Shown: in pieces, positions 8,800 to 19,008 of the stretch
Layout: each line of letters opens with the position of its first letter
Position numbering within the stretch: position 1 is the first letter of the stretch
NCBI GenBank assembly: GCA_937127445.1
Contig: CAKZLY010000021.1
Coordinates: forward strand, 15,886-79,885
Length of the DNA stretch: 64,000 nt
Reading direction: 5' to 3'
DNA from: an uncultured Ignavibacteria bacterium
GTDB lineage: Bacteria > Bacteroidota > Ignavibacteria > Kapaibacteriales > UBA2268
Made by a program: the position numbers and the translations under genes
The notes under the pieces: generated by a model
Databases searched by the model: none
What the model was told of the DNA's origin: nothing
The model's input: the letters and a program-made list of their open reading frames with translations, nothing else

Positions 8800-9867
8800 T
8801 TAAAAATTCATTATTTTTTTTACTGCATCGAATATCTTTTCAGGTAGAAGGTGTTCTAAACAGAAGTACTCATCGTTTACACATTTCGGGCTAAAAAAGC
8901 ATTTGCACTCTTTATCTGGCTCAACTATTATGCCTCGACCATAAAGTTCAAATTCGTTTTTATTGAATATATTATTTATTAGCACAACTTTTTTTCGCAG
9001 TCCAATTGCGATATGCAGCCCCATTGTTACAGCAGTTACCACCAAATCGCATTGATTAACAAGCGAAATGAACGTGTTTAAGTCAAAGAAACCAAAATAC
9101 TGTGCTCCGCTCTTTTGCGATATTATCGTGTTCTGCTCGTGCTCTTGCTCCCCACCTAATAGAATTACCTTGTAACCCTCATCTTGCAGATGTTTAGCAA
9201 GTTCTATCCAATATTCTTGTTTCCATAGTCGTGAAACCCAGCGAGCGCCACATCCGGTATTCAATCCGATTACACCTTTCCCTCGATCTGAGATATCCCA
9301 CTGCTTATCAGTTCTAACTTCCAACTCGTATTCTTCGCCGGAAAATTCATAGCCGCATATTTCGAAAATTTCTTGAAGATAATTTTTTGTGTTTGCTTTG
9401 TTGACATCGTCGAAAAGCCCTGTTAAATATTTGTGCATAGCACGTTGGTTTGCGGGCATTGGCTTGCCTTCGACAAGTGTGAAGCCATCGATATAATCTG
9501 CATTCAGTTGCGACGCCAACGCACAAGCGTGATAGTCTTTGTCAAGATTGATTACTTTGAAAAAATGCACGCTGCGCAAACTTATTACAGATTCAAGATT
9601 AAATAGCAACACTTTATCGACTGAGGACGGAATAATTTCAGGCGAGTTTGTTACCCACCAAAGCATACATTTTGGGAACTCCTGTTTTATGCGTTTGATA
9701 AGAGGTGTTGTTCGTATTACATCTCCAATAGCACCAAGCTTTATTATTAATATATTTTCTTTCGATGGTGAATATTCGGGACAATTTTGGCAATGGTAGC
9801 CATTTTTTTTATGCGGACGGCAGGGAATATCGCCGCGAAAATACCTGCAATCTTCTTTGAACAGCAT
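8800..9867 (-). CDS. GT9-family glycosyltransferase (heptosyltransferase-like) with Cys-rich N- and C-terminal extensions
   Basis: GT9 motif LIIKLGAIGDVIRTTPLIKRIK. N-terminus has CxxxxxxxxC...CxxC; C-terminus has CKC...PKC...FC. Confidence 0.7.
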   Translation of the reverse strand: MLFKEDCRYFRGDIPCRPHKKNGYHCQNCPEYSPSKENILIIKLGAIGDVIRTTPLIKRIKQEFPKCMLWWVTNSPEIIPSSVDKVLLFNLESVISLRSVHFFKVINLDKDYHACALASQLNADYIDGFTLVEGKPMPANQRAMHKYLTGLFDDVNKANTKNYLQEIFEICGYEFSGEEYELEVRTDKQWDISDRGKGVIGLNTGCGARWVSRLWKQEYWIELAKHLQDEGYKVILLGGEQEHEQNTIISQKSGAQYFGFFDLNTFISLVNQCDLVVTAVTMGLHIAIGLRKKVVLINNIFNKNEFELYGRGIIVEPDKECKCFFSPKCVNDEYFCLEHLLPEKIFDAVKKIMNF

Positions 9868-9875
9868 TTTCTCAC

Positions 9876-10610
9876 CTATAATGAGTATTTCAACAAAAGC
9901 ATAAAATTAAAAACAGGAACTATCTGTTCTTTCTTTTCAAAATATCGAAGCGGGGTTAGCAATTCTCCGCGATTATTGTCTCTTGGAAAGAGGTTCAATA
10001 CCCCAACGCCAATAGAGGCATCAATTTTTAATTTAGATTTAAGTTGCCCTTCTATTCCCAATCGGGCAAAGCTTCCAATACGAAACGCCCCGTATTTTCT
10101 ATTTACTACATAGGAGGTATCACGATTTACGTCGTTCCGCCAGTGGTCGCGGTAGGTCAGTTCTGCTCGAGTTATTATATTACCACGCAAATCTGCACCG
10201 ACATAAATATCGGTTTTTGCCCAATCTAAATGAGTAAGTACATAATAAAACCCTGAGCCAATCGAAAGATTGTGCACCTCGTGCCAATAATAAATCGTAA
10301 GCAAGCCACTCACAGGATAGCGTTCGCCTGATGAATATATAGTAAAATCAATATCAACAGGAACACGTATTTTTTCGCCCTTGTACATAGTCAGTCGCGC
10401 AGCAAATCCTGATTGGACAGCATCAAAACTACCACCATAAACAAATCTCTTTGCCGTATCATTTTGTATTATCGGCAACTGGGCTGGATTGTCACCTAAT
10501 ATTGAAAATGTTGATATTCCTGCTCCAATAGAATATGCATCGAATATCTCGGCTTTTACTGCTGTAGCAAAGAGAAATATCCAGAGTGCAATTGAAAGTA
10601 ATTTTTTCAT
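9876..10610 (-). CDS. Secreted outer-membrane beta-barrel-like protein, hypothetical
   Basis: Signal peptide MKKLLSIALWIFLFATAVKA, alternating amphipathic beta-strands, aromatic C-terminal residues. Confidence 0.45.
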   Translation of the reverse strand: MKKLLSIALWIFLFATAVKAEIFDAYSIGAGISTFSILGDNPAQLPIIQNDTAKRFVYGGSFDAVQSGFAARLTMYKGEKIRVPVDIDFTIYSSGERYPVSGLLTIYYWHEVHNLSIGSGFYYVLTHLDWAKTDIYVGADLRGNIITRAELTYRDHWRNDVNRDTSYVVNRKYGAFRIGSFARLGIEGQLKSKLKIDASIGVGVLNLFPRDNNRGELLTPLRYFEKKEQIVPVFNFMLLLKYSL

Positions 10611-10668
10611 ATTATTGTTTGTTTGTGTAAAAATATCATTCATAATAACAAAAAAGAGTGCTCTTTTG

Positions 10669-11727
10669 CTACAATTTTTCTTTTATTGAATAATTTTTTG
10701 TCTTTTCGAAGTTCTGCTTTACTATCATCTCCCCTACCAGCCCGATTGAAAAGAACTGTACACCAACAATAATCAAAGCGATGCCAAAATTCGCAAGCGG
10801 GCGATTGCTTAAATACGTACTACCAAGAAACCATTCGACAGTCAGGTATGCATTAATTGCAAATCCTATCAACGTGAAAATCGTCCCGAATAGTCCAAAG
10901 AAGTGCATTGGTCGCTTCATAAACCGTGTGATGAACACAAAGGTAAGCAAATCCAGAAATCCATTAATAAATCGGGACAATCCAAATTTGGATTTGCCAT
11001 ACCGCCGAGCGTGATGAACTACAGGAATTTCTGCCACACGGAAACCTTCCCAGTAGGCAAGTGCAGGCAAATAGCGATGCATCTCTCCATATACTTGCAG
11101 TGTATCGGTTACAGACTTCCGATATAGCTTAAGCCCGCAGTTAAAATCGTGCAATTTTATACCGCTTACCATTGATGTTACAAAATTGAATAGTTTTGAG
11201 GGGATTGTCTTCGATATTGGGTCCTTGCGGTTTTGCTTCCAGCCAGTAACAAGGTCGTAGCCTTCTTTCATTTTCTTTGCTAAATTTTTAATTTCGGCGG
11301 GGTCGTCCTGCAAGTCTGCATCCATTGTTGCAACAAATTTTCCGCGAGCAGCTTCGAAACCAACAGCAAGAGCGGCACTTTTTCCATAGTTGCGTCGGAA
11401 ACTAATATAGCGAAATCGTTTATTTCGACGATGTATCTGCTTGATGTAGTCAAGTGAACCATCTGTAGAGCCATCATCTACAAAAATAACTTCATAGCGT
11501 CCGTGTGTGAGTTCTTGGAGTTCTTTTTCTAATTGCAATGCAAGCTCGGGAATTGATTCTTCTTCATTATATAGTGGAATTACAACAGAAATCAACAGTT
11601 CGCTTTTACTGTTTTTTTGTTGGCTCTGTTGGTTTTGATTAGAACGCTTTACGTTTTGCCCTTCTTTTTGGTTGATTTTTTCTTTTTTTTGGCTTTCTTT
11701 TCTATTGTTGCTATTTTTTTTGTCCAT
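10669..11727 (-). CDS. GT2 polyprenol-phosphate glycosyltransferase (GtrB/ArnC/DPM1-like) with a K/N/Q-rich N-terminal tail
   Basis: VVIPLYNEEESI ... FVDDGSTDGS ... DADLQDDP GT2 motifs, plus two C-terminal TM helices. Confidence 0.8.
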   Translation of the reverse strand: MDKKNSNNRKESQKKEKINQKEGQNVKRSNQNQQSQQKNSKSELLISVVIPLYNEEESIPELALQLEKELQELTHGRYEVIFVDDGSTDGSLDYIKQIHRRNKRFRYISFRRNYGKSAALAVGFEAARGKFVATMDADLQDDPAEIKNLAKKMKEGYDLVTGWKQNRKDPISKTIPSKLFNFVTSMVSGIKLHDFNCGLKLYRKSVTDTLQVYGEMHRYLPALAYWEGFRVAEIPVVHHARRYGKSKFGLSRFINGFLDLLTFVFITRFMKRPMHFFGLFGTIFTLIGFAINAYLTVEWFLGSTYLSNRPLANFGIALIIVGVQFFSIGLVGEMIVKQNFEKTKNYSIKEKL

Positions 11728-11730
11728 AAT

Positions 11731-12507
11731 CTATCTGTTAATTATTAATTTTTTAAAATAAATATTGTTGTTGATGTCTAAAATTTTAATAAAATAAATA
11801 CCATTCTTTAAATTTACAAGATTAATTTTTTCGCTTGTAGGTAAATTGGTATTAAACATTAGTTCAGATAATTCATTATAAATTTCAATCTTACTGACTT
11901 TTGTGCTATTACTTACGGAAATCCAGCTATTAGATGGATTTGGAAAAACTTCAAAAATTTCTTTGTTTTCTGGAATAGAAGTAGGCACTTTTGTATATAC
12001 TACATCAATATAAATTGGCACTTTCGGTAGGTTTTCATTGTTAATTACAACAGAAGTAGTCTTTGTCATATCTGCCGAAAAGAGAAGTCCCAGTTCATCA
12101 TAAATTCTTGCAGATTTAATGTAATTTGGCAACTTATTCCACGAAATAGTTGCAACAGAAGGGACTCGTTTGTTTAAATCAATTTTGTAACGGTGGTGGA
12201 ATTCATTTTCGTCGGCGGGGACACTTCTAAAATCCTTGTAGCTGTATAGGCCTTCTATATTTATGGTATCTAAATTGAAAACAGCAAATACATCAAATGC
12301 TGGTGGTGGAAATGGCGGTATTTCTATTTCGCCAAGATGAGTATCTAATCCGTCAGTAGCCGACGAAACCGCCCCAAACACAAGAAGCGTATCGATAGCG
12401 AATGTATTATTAATTGTAAGCCGAACTTTCACATCAAATTCGTCGGCTGTTGCTTCTGAATACATAAGTATCGTAATTATTGCAATAGCAAACAGTTTTA
12501 TTTTCAT
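11731..12507 (-). CDS. Secreted protein with T9SS C-terminal sorting domain
   Basis: Signal peptide. C-terminus ...KNGIYFIKILDINNNIYFKKLIINR matches the Por/T9SS CTD pattern. Confidence 0.6.
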   Translation of the reverse strand: MKIKLFAIAIITILMYSEATADEFDVKVRLTINNTFAIDTLLVFGAVSSATDGLDTHLGEIEIPPFPPPAFDVFAVFNLDTINIEGLYSYKDFRSVPADENEFHHRYKIDLNKRVPSVATISWNKLPNYIKSARIYDELGLLFSADMTKTTSVVINNENLPKVPIYIDVVYTKVPTSIPENKEIFEVFPNPSNSWISVSNSTKVSKIEIYNELSELMFNTNLPTSEKINLVNLKNGIYFIKILDINNNIYFKKLIINR

Positions 12508-12530
12508 ATCTACCTTCCTTATTATAAACT

Positions 12531-12570
12531 AAAAACAAATGGGCATCATTTGTTGTAGATGCCCATTTGT
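12531..12570 (-). terminator. Rho-independent terminator downstream of the 1064-aa T9SS cargo gene
   Basis: ACAAATGGGCATC-loop-GATGCCCATTTGT followed by a T-tract on the minus strand. Confidence 0.65.
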
Positions 12571-12592
12571 CTTGGAAAAGATAATTAGAAAA

Positions 12593-15500
12593 TTATCTTA
12601 CAATATTGATTTTAGCTACTTCTGTGCGGTCGCCAGCAACGATTTTAACGATATAATTACCAGTTGCAAAGCGAGAAGCATCAAAAGTATATGAATGATT
12701 GCCAGCATTCAAGCTGCTGCTGAGCAATGTAGCTACTTCATTTCCAAGTGCATCGAACAACGAAATTGTAACATTTGCATTCATCGGAATTGCAAAGTTA
12801 ACGGTTGCAGTCGATGAAACTGGGTTTGGATTAACGCTCAATGTAGCGTTCAAAGTAGCATCAGTTTTTACAAGCTTGAATACATTGTAAGTAGCACGGT
12901 TGATAGTTATTGAGTTGTTGAAGCGATTGATTTCGCCAAATACTTCGCCAGTAACTACATCAACCACTTTGTATGCGCCTTTTACGTTGTCAATTGATAC
13001 AGTAAGAGGATATTTAACGCCTTGAACGCGAACAACGCCCTCGTTCTCAGTTGTCAGGTAGCTATTATCAGCAAAGCGAACATCGAACATTTCAGCAAGT
13101 GGTGCAGGTGGAAGTTCGAATGTATTGCCGCTGATAGCTAAATCATTGGATAAGTATAATGTTCCATTGTTGTTGTCGCTGTCTTTGATGCTCAATACTG
13201 ATGAGTTTGCAAGGACAGACTTCTTAACAACAGAACCATCGATTGAGTTAAGCTTGAAGCCAAAGCGTAAGTTCTGTGGAACATTTACTTTCAGATAACC
13301 AGTTGTATTAACTTTAATCCAGTATCCAAGACCAGGAAGAATTTCGGATACTTCTTTATATCCTCTGTTAGTTTCGTAAGCCCAAACACCATATTGGCGA
13401 GTGAAGGTTACATCAGGTGCATCTTGACCAGCACTTAAAGCGTCAAATTTAATGTGGTCAATACCCAGTGGAACGGAAACCGAACCAATTGTATTCCAGC
13501 CAGTGTATAGGCGGATACCATTGAATGGAGCAACATTTTTATCAAGGTCGTAGATAAATGTACCTGGGAATTTAGTATCAACGATTGAATCGTATTTTAC
13601 AAAGTAGCCAATACCAGGTTGCAAAATACCATCTGGTGGAGTTTGATATTGGTTCTGAGTAAACAATATTGGGATATTGATTGCATTCTTATAGAAGTTC
13701 GAATAATATGGATTAACAGGACGAACTGGCATTGAGAGCAAGTTCCAACCTTTCTTAATAATAGGTTCGCCAGCTTTGTTCACGTAATCAACAACAGTAG
13801 GCAATGTATACTCAATCACAAATTCTCTAACTCTTGGATCAAGAATTGTAAATGAGAATTTACCATCGCCCAATGGAGTTGCTTCGCGCATATTAACTGC
13901 TGGGAAGTATAGTCCATTTTGTCTGTCGTGAATATAAAGTTGTGAGCCAGGATAGAAATCAGTTGTATCCCAAGTTAAAATTACTGGAGTTCCATTGTTA
14001 GCTTCAAACTTGCAATAGAAGATATGTGATTTTGCAGTATAATTAAAATCACGAATATCGCGTGAGTTGGAACGACGTTGAGCTTCATTTGCTGCAAAGT
14101 CCCAGAAACCATTTGGATATTTAGCTGCCAATACTGGGTTTACAGGGAACCAACGAGCATCAAATATTGAATTGCCTTGTGGGTCTTGACCTAATGGCCA
14201 TTCGTATGGGCATTCGCCATAAAGCGTATCAATATCGTCCGATGCGCGTGTGCCAGTACCGAAGACCAACAATTTGCTTTCACCCTTGCTGTTTGATACT
14301 GTAAGTTTGATACCTGGAACGATATTCGTTTTAACAATTGGTTCAACAGGAGTTTTGAAGAGAATGAAGTTTACTTCAAGTTTAGTTGGGTTCTCATCAA
14401 TGTATGGAGTAGTGAATGTAATATGACCAGTGTAGATACCTTCTTTTTCATTATCAACTGGCGAAATAGTAAGTTTAGAAGGGTCACAATCAACTAACAG
14501 ATAAACTTCAGGATCAGGGCCAATTGGCTGACCTTTTGGATCTTTAAAGTCTTGCGAACCAAGGATTCCTACGTCGATATAGTTAATAAAGCCTTTTCTT
14601 GTAAGTTGTGGTATAGGATTTTTGGAAATTGATCCGACAGTAACAGTTTGGAAGTTCAACCAAGGTTTGTCTGATTCGACAACGATATCCTGAATACGTG
14701 TCTTTGAAAGAGCATCAGGAATTCTAACGCGTACAATGCGTTGAGCGCGACGTGGTTGAATATCTGCATTGTCAACCGTAAGTGGAGTATATATTTTCCA
14801 ATAGCCTTCGCTAATCTTCATAATTGAGTCGCTGGAAGTTGGGCTTGTGCTTTGAACAACACCAGGACCTGGCATAAAGCGGAATTCAGGAATTTTTTCG
14901 AAAATAGTAACCCAAATTGAGCCAGGGATATATCTTTCAGGATATGTTTGCCAATCAATAACTGCAGCAGGCAAGTTATCATTGCGCATACCTGTAAGAC
15001 CTGTAATAGGCAATTGATTGGTGGTTGTTCCTTCAGCGTTTGTGAATGCAAGTGATTGAGGAGTACAAGGGAAGTTATTTACAGTAAATACGTATTCACG
15101 AATATTGATGCCGTTATATTTAATAATGTCTGCATTGATGTAGATTGGAGTATTAACTGGCAAGTTTGGATTTTCTTTGTCTACCAATACTTCAAATACT
15201 ACATAGAGCAATACATTGTATTTACGGTTAGCAACAGTAGTTGCTGGGAGTGGTGTTGTCGAAGCTCCAACGATTTTGAATTTTCTACCAGCAGAAGGAA
15301 TTGCGTCTGTTCCTTTTCTTGTTGGGAAAAGATTTTTAGTATAGTTAGTATCACGCAAATCGAATGTTTGGAAATTGAAGTTTTTAGCAAGAGGTTCTAC
15401 GTAAGGAAGGAACCTATTGTCGTTTCTTGCCTGAGCTTCTTGAGCAGTAACAGGATGATGAGTTTGAATACCAACTGCTTTGAAAACATTACCATTATAC

Positions 15501-15787
15501 GAAAGAGAAAACTCAAAACTTTTGATAGGAGCAAAAGTTTGGTCTGTTACTTCTATAAATACTGGCAAAAGGAATTCACGCTTCGATTTCGATGAAGGCG
15601 GAATCCAAATTCTGCCATCGGGATACCAAGCTGTATTGTAACCGCTTAAATCGCCGGTTAAATTCAGCTGTGGTATAATTACATCGCATTGAGCCTGTGC
15701 TTCAACATATGTTGTAAGTCCAAAGACTACAACTAATATGCCGAGTAGCATTCGACTTACCCTGCGAGTTAATAAGAGTTTATTCAT
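12593..15787 (-). CDS. Large secreted T9SS cargo protein (1064 aa), function unknown
   Basis: Signal peptide with GGGGGT ribosome-binding site. C-terminal CTD ...GNYIVKIVAGDRTEVAKINIVR. Confidence 0.6.
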   Translation of the reverse strand: MNKLLLTRRVSRMLLGILVVVFGLTTYVEAQAQCDVIIPQLNLTGDLSGYNTAWYPDGRIWIPPSSKSKREFLLPVFIEVTDQTFAPIKSFEFSLSYNGNVFKAVGIQTHHPVTAQEAQARNDNRFLPYVEPLAKNFNFQTFDLRDTNYTKNLFPTRKGTDAIPSAGRKFKIVGASTTPLPATTVANRKYNVLLYVVFEVLVDKENPNLPVNTPIYINADIIKYNGINIREYVFTVNNFPCTPQSLAFTNAEGTTTNQLPITGLTGMRNDNLPAAVIDWQTYPERYIPGSIWVTIFEKIPEFRFMPGPGVVQSTSPTSSDSIMKISEGYWKIYTPLTVDNADIQPRRAQRIVRVRIPDALSKTRIQDIVVESDKPWLNFQTVTVGSISKNPIPQLTRKGFINYIDVGILGSQDFKDPKGQPIGPDPEVYLLVDCDPSKLTISPVDNEKEGIYTGHITFTTPYIDENPTKLEVNFILFKTPVEPIVKTNIVPGIKLTVSNSKGESKLLVFGTGTRASDDIDTLYGECPYEWPLGQDPQGNSIFDARWFPVNPVLAAKYPNGFWDFAANEAQRRSNSRDIRDFNYTAKSHIFYCKFEANNGTPVILTWDTTDFYPGSQLYIHDRQNGLYFPAVNMREATPLGDGKFSFTILDPRVREFVIEYTLPTVVDYVNKAGEPIIKKGWNLLSMPVRPVNPYYSNFYKNAINIPILFTQNQYQTPPDGILQPGIGYFVKYDSIVDTKFPGTFIYDLDKNVAPFNGIRLYTGWNTIGSVSVPLGIDHIKFDALSAGQDAPDVTFTRQYGVWAYETNRGYKEVSEILPGLGYWIKVNTTGYLKVNVPQNLRFGFKLNSIDGSVVKKSVLANSSVLSIKDSDNNNGTLYLSNDLAISGNTFELPPAPLAEMFDVRFADNSYLTTENEGVVRVQGVKYPLTVSIDNVKGAYKVVDVVTGEVFGEINRFNNSITINRATYNVFKLVKTDATLNATLSVNPNPVSSTATVNFAIPMNANVTISLFDALGNEVATLLSSSLNAGNHSYTFDASRFATGNYIVKIVAGDRTEVAKINIVR

Positions 15788-15807
15788 GATACCCCCAAAT
15801 TAATAAA

Positions 15808-16980
15808 TTAATATTTTATTAGATTTTTTATAATTTTCTCTGCTTTACTATCTATTTCTACAATATAGATACCACGTGCAAATTTTTCTGCATTAATTCG
15901 TATGTGATTTTCGTATGTATTTTCTAAAAATATCATTTTACCATTAATATCGTATATTCTAACAATTTTTTCATTGTCGTTGTCTGTTTTTATTGTTATG
16001 CAATCACAAGTTCGGTTGTAATAAGCAATTGCTTCTGCACTTTCTTCAACTACTGTTGTTGTATCTGGGATATCTGATACAAGTTCCAGGTTGTTGTTTT
16101 CATATTGAGTAACACAGTCGCAATCGCCAACTATGGCATTATCAACTGAAATCCAGCCACTTGTCCTGCCAATATCGCTATTATTCATTATGTCAATAAT
16201 CAATGTGTCTTTTAGAACTTGATTATTAACTGATATAGCCATCTTTACCAAGCCATTTTCTTGTGAAATACTATTTATCACAATATTATCGTTGCTTGGC
16301 TCAATACGAGAGATTTCAAATGAACTGCCCATTTGCATTAAATCCAGCTTAACATTGCTAACCTTTTTCCCGTTGCTATTCAATACGAGCTTCGTTTGCT
16401 TTGTACCTTTATCATTGAAACTCAGCTGGTTATCACTAAATAGCACTGTGAATTTTCTATCAGGTTTATCTGCGATAACAGCTTCGACCATTGCGTTCTG
16501 TGGTTCAGCGATATCTTTTTTGAATTCCTCGGTAAATGCAATGTACGAAAGACTTACTTCCGAGGTATCGAAGCAATCGCCGAGCCAAATGCCTTGAATA
16601 GCAAGCAGTGGCAAGTCGCCTTCCACAGGTGCAAGGAACGGATTTAGATGCCCTGCAGTCCCATAAATAGCGCTATCGGCTGCCGAAATTGTAAATTGCT
16701 TTATTTCAAAGAACTCTGACAATGTACCAAAGGTACTGACAAAATTGAATTTAATTTTCGAAGGGTCATACTTTATTTCGAAATTATAACCGAATAAAGA
16801 ATCTGCCTTCGTAATCTTACCAATTGTCAAAAGAACTAAAACTTCGTGTTCGTCAATATTTTCGCATACATCTATTTTTTTAACGCTTTTAAGCGTTGGC
16901 ACTATCGTGTTATTTTGGGCTACAAGGCTGCTGAACAAAGTAACTATCAGCAGCCCGATGCCGCAAATTCTTTTCAGCAT
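15808..16980 (-). CDS. Secreted T9SS cargo protein (390 aa)
   Basis: Signal peptide. CTD ...RGIYIVEIDSKAEKIIKNLIKY. Confidence 0.55.
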   Translation of the reverse strand: MLKRICGIGLLIVTLFSSLVAQNNTIVPTLKSVKKIDVCENIDEHEVLVLLTIGKITKADSLFGYNFEIKYDPSKIKFNFVSTFGTLSEFFEIKQFTISAADSAIYGTAGHLNPFLAPVEGDLPLLAIQGIWLGDCFDTSEVSLSYIAFTEEFKKDIAEPQNAMVEAVIADKPDRKFTVLFSDNQLSFNDKGTKQTKLVLNSNGKKVSNVKLDLMQMGSSFEISRIEPSNDNIVINSISQENGLVKMAISVNNQVLKDTLIIDIMNNSDIGRTSGWISVDNAIVGDCDCVTQYENNNLELVSDIPDTTTVVEESAEAIAYYNRTCDCITIKTDNDNEKIVRIYDINGKMIFLENTYENHIRINAEKFARGIYIVEIDSKAEKIIKNLIKY

Positions 16981-18917
16981 TATCTCGAAACAACAACTTT
17001 GTTCGAAACAGTGTTTCCATTACCAGTCAAACGGTAAATATATACTCCGTTCCCAACTTTCTTGCCAGCTTCGTCTGTCAAATTCCAGTTGAATGAATAT
17101 TGTCCAGCTTTGAGCGTACCTTTGTGCAATACTTTAACCAAGTTACCTTGTGCATCAAAGATTGCCAATTCGTAGTTGCTGGAATTATCAATGCTAACAG
17201 CAATATTAGTAGTTGAATTTGCAGGATTTGGATATGCAGCCATTATCAATTCATCGCCTGCAATACCTTCTGCAAGTTTAATTTTTACGCTTTCAATATC
17301 ACGTTCGTTAAATCTAATATTGCTTGCATTAATTTCATTATTATTTGTTGCAACAGTAACATAAGCGAATGGTTTATTAGCAGCAAATTCTCCAACACCG
17401 CTAATTACAACATTATTTTTACCATTCATTGCAATAACATTTTCATCATTTGTGTTAACTGCTACAACTTCACCGTCTAATTGAAATTTAGCACCAATTG
17501 GACCAGCAAAATTAGCATCCACATAAACTGGGATATTGTAAGTGTTTTCATTTACTCTTGTCCATTCGCCGAAACGAATTGATGCAATTTCATTATTAAC
17601 TTTGCCGTATTGAGGAACTGTGTCCCAAATCCAAGGCAAATATGGGATTCTGCCTGAGATGTAAGCAATAATCAATGCTGCATCATATTCATCTGCTTGG
17701 AACATAATTTGTTTGAGTGAGCTGATGTCTGTAATTCTATGCATACTATCAGCATAGTTCATTGTTCTCCAAGGAATAGATTTTCTATTACCTAATGTAT
17801 CATAGTAGAAGCGACCATTATGATTGACATCAGCGTGATATGCTGCACGGCGGCGAATTGAATCGAGAGGAACGTTTGTAGCAATTGCTCTCATCACAAG
17901 ACGAGCATCGTTGATTGTTACAAAACGATTTTGTGGTTTATTGTAGTGTGGTTCACCGGCTGCTTTCGAAAAATCAACATCACCGTCTCCCCACCATTCA
18001 GCTATGTTGAAGCGTTTTTTAGCACGGAGGAAAATTGATAGCGCATTGTTTCTTGTTGGAGTCCATTCAGTTGTTTTAACTGTATCAGTAACAACTTTTA
18101 CTGGATCGTATGGTAGATATCCGCCATTAAACAATGCGTTCATAAAGTCAGCTTTCTGCAAAAAGCCTTTCCCTTCGCCTTTAATACCAACAGCACAGTT
18201 GTTAGTAAACAATCTTTCGTCGAACCCTGGCAGACCTGTTTGCCAGTAAGGGATTTGTTCAGTACGTTTACCAACTGTACCATAGCGGAATTCTATATCG
18301 CCTTGTGCAGAATATGGGTCAGTTGACTTATAAAGAATCAATTGGAAGTCAGCAACACTTGCTTTGAAATCTGGGAAATAGTTAATATTTAAATTTTTCC
18401 ATTCGATTGTAAATTTATCTGGTTCGCTCTTGTAAGAAATTGTAGTAGGAGCATAACCTTTGAACTTCACGCTGTCTGGACGGAAATAGTGGTCTCCCCA
18501 GAAAGGAGCAATAACGTTAACTGGATATGATGGATCATCATAGAACATAGCATTAGGATTCTTTGTCCCAGCGATTAATGTTGGAGGACCTTCCAATGTC
18601 CCGTTGATAGTAACTTTACCGAAAGTAACAAAACCATTAACGTTAATCCAAACTTTTGTGAAAACTTCGCCATTAAACTCGAATGGGAATGGAAGTTGTA
18701 CTTCTGCATATCCATCATCGAGATCTAATGTATTATTAGGTGGGACCACGAAATTTTGATAAGGAATTGCAGTGCCACCTTGGAGGAATTCAAAAGGACG
18801 ATTCACCAATTGAACGCCTTCGAACTCACCAAAAACTTGCGCTTTCAATTGCTTACCCGGGAATACAGTCATCATCAGAACCAAAATCCCGGTAGCAAGG
18901 AAAAATAATCTTCTCAT
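16980..18917 (-). CDS. Secreted T9SS cargo protein (about 645 aa)
   Basis: Start at MRRLFF with a GGAG ribosome-binding site, signal peptide. CTD ...GVYIYRLTGNGNTVSNKVVVSR. Confidence 0.55.
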   Translation of the reverse strand: MRRLFFLATGILVLMMTVFPGKQLKAQVFGEFEGVQLVNRPFEFLQGGTAIPYQNFVVPPNNTLDLDDGYAEVQLPFPFEFNGEVFTKVWINVNGFVTFGKVTINGTLEGPPTLIAGTKNPNAMFYDDPSYPVNVIAPFWGDHYFRPDSVKFKGYAPTTISYKSEPDKFTIEWKNLNINYFPDFKASVADFQLILYKSTDPYSAQGDIEFRYGTVGKRTEQIPYWQTGLPGFDERLFTNNCAVGIKGEGKGFLQKADFMNALFNGGYLPYDPVKVVTDTVKTTEWTPTRNNALSIFLRAKKRFNIAEWWGDGDVDFSKAAGEPHYNKPQNRFVTINDARLVMRAIATNVPLDSIRRRAAYHADVNHNGRFYYDTLGNRKSIPWRTMNYADSMHRITDISSLKQIMFQADEYDAALIIAYISGRIPYLPWIWDTVPQYGKVNNEIASIRFGEWTRVNENTYNIPVYVDANFAGPIGAKFQLDGEVVAVNTNDENVIAMNGKNNVVISGVGEFAANKPFAYVTVATNNNEINASNIRFNERDIESVKIKLAEGIAGDELIMAAYPNPANSTTNIAVSIDNSSNYELAIFDAQGNLVKVLHKGTLKAGQYSFNWNLTDEAGKKVGNGVYIYRLTGNGNTVSNKVVVSR

Positions 18918-18964
18918 TTTAACTCCATTATTTATTATGTATATCTTTTTCATAAGTTAATTTC

Positions 18965-18998
18965 ATATGGCTTCCCCGATTTCTCGGGGAAAGCCATA
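18965..18998 (-). terminator. Hairpin downstream of the giant gene (putative terminator)
   Basis: ATGGCTTCCCCGA / TCGGGGAAAGCCAT inverted repeat immediately after the stop codon. Weak T-tract. Confidence 0.35.
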
Positions 18999-19008
18999 CG
19001 ACAACATA

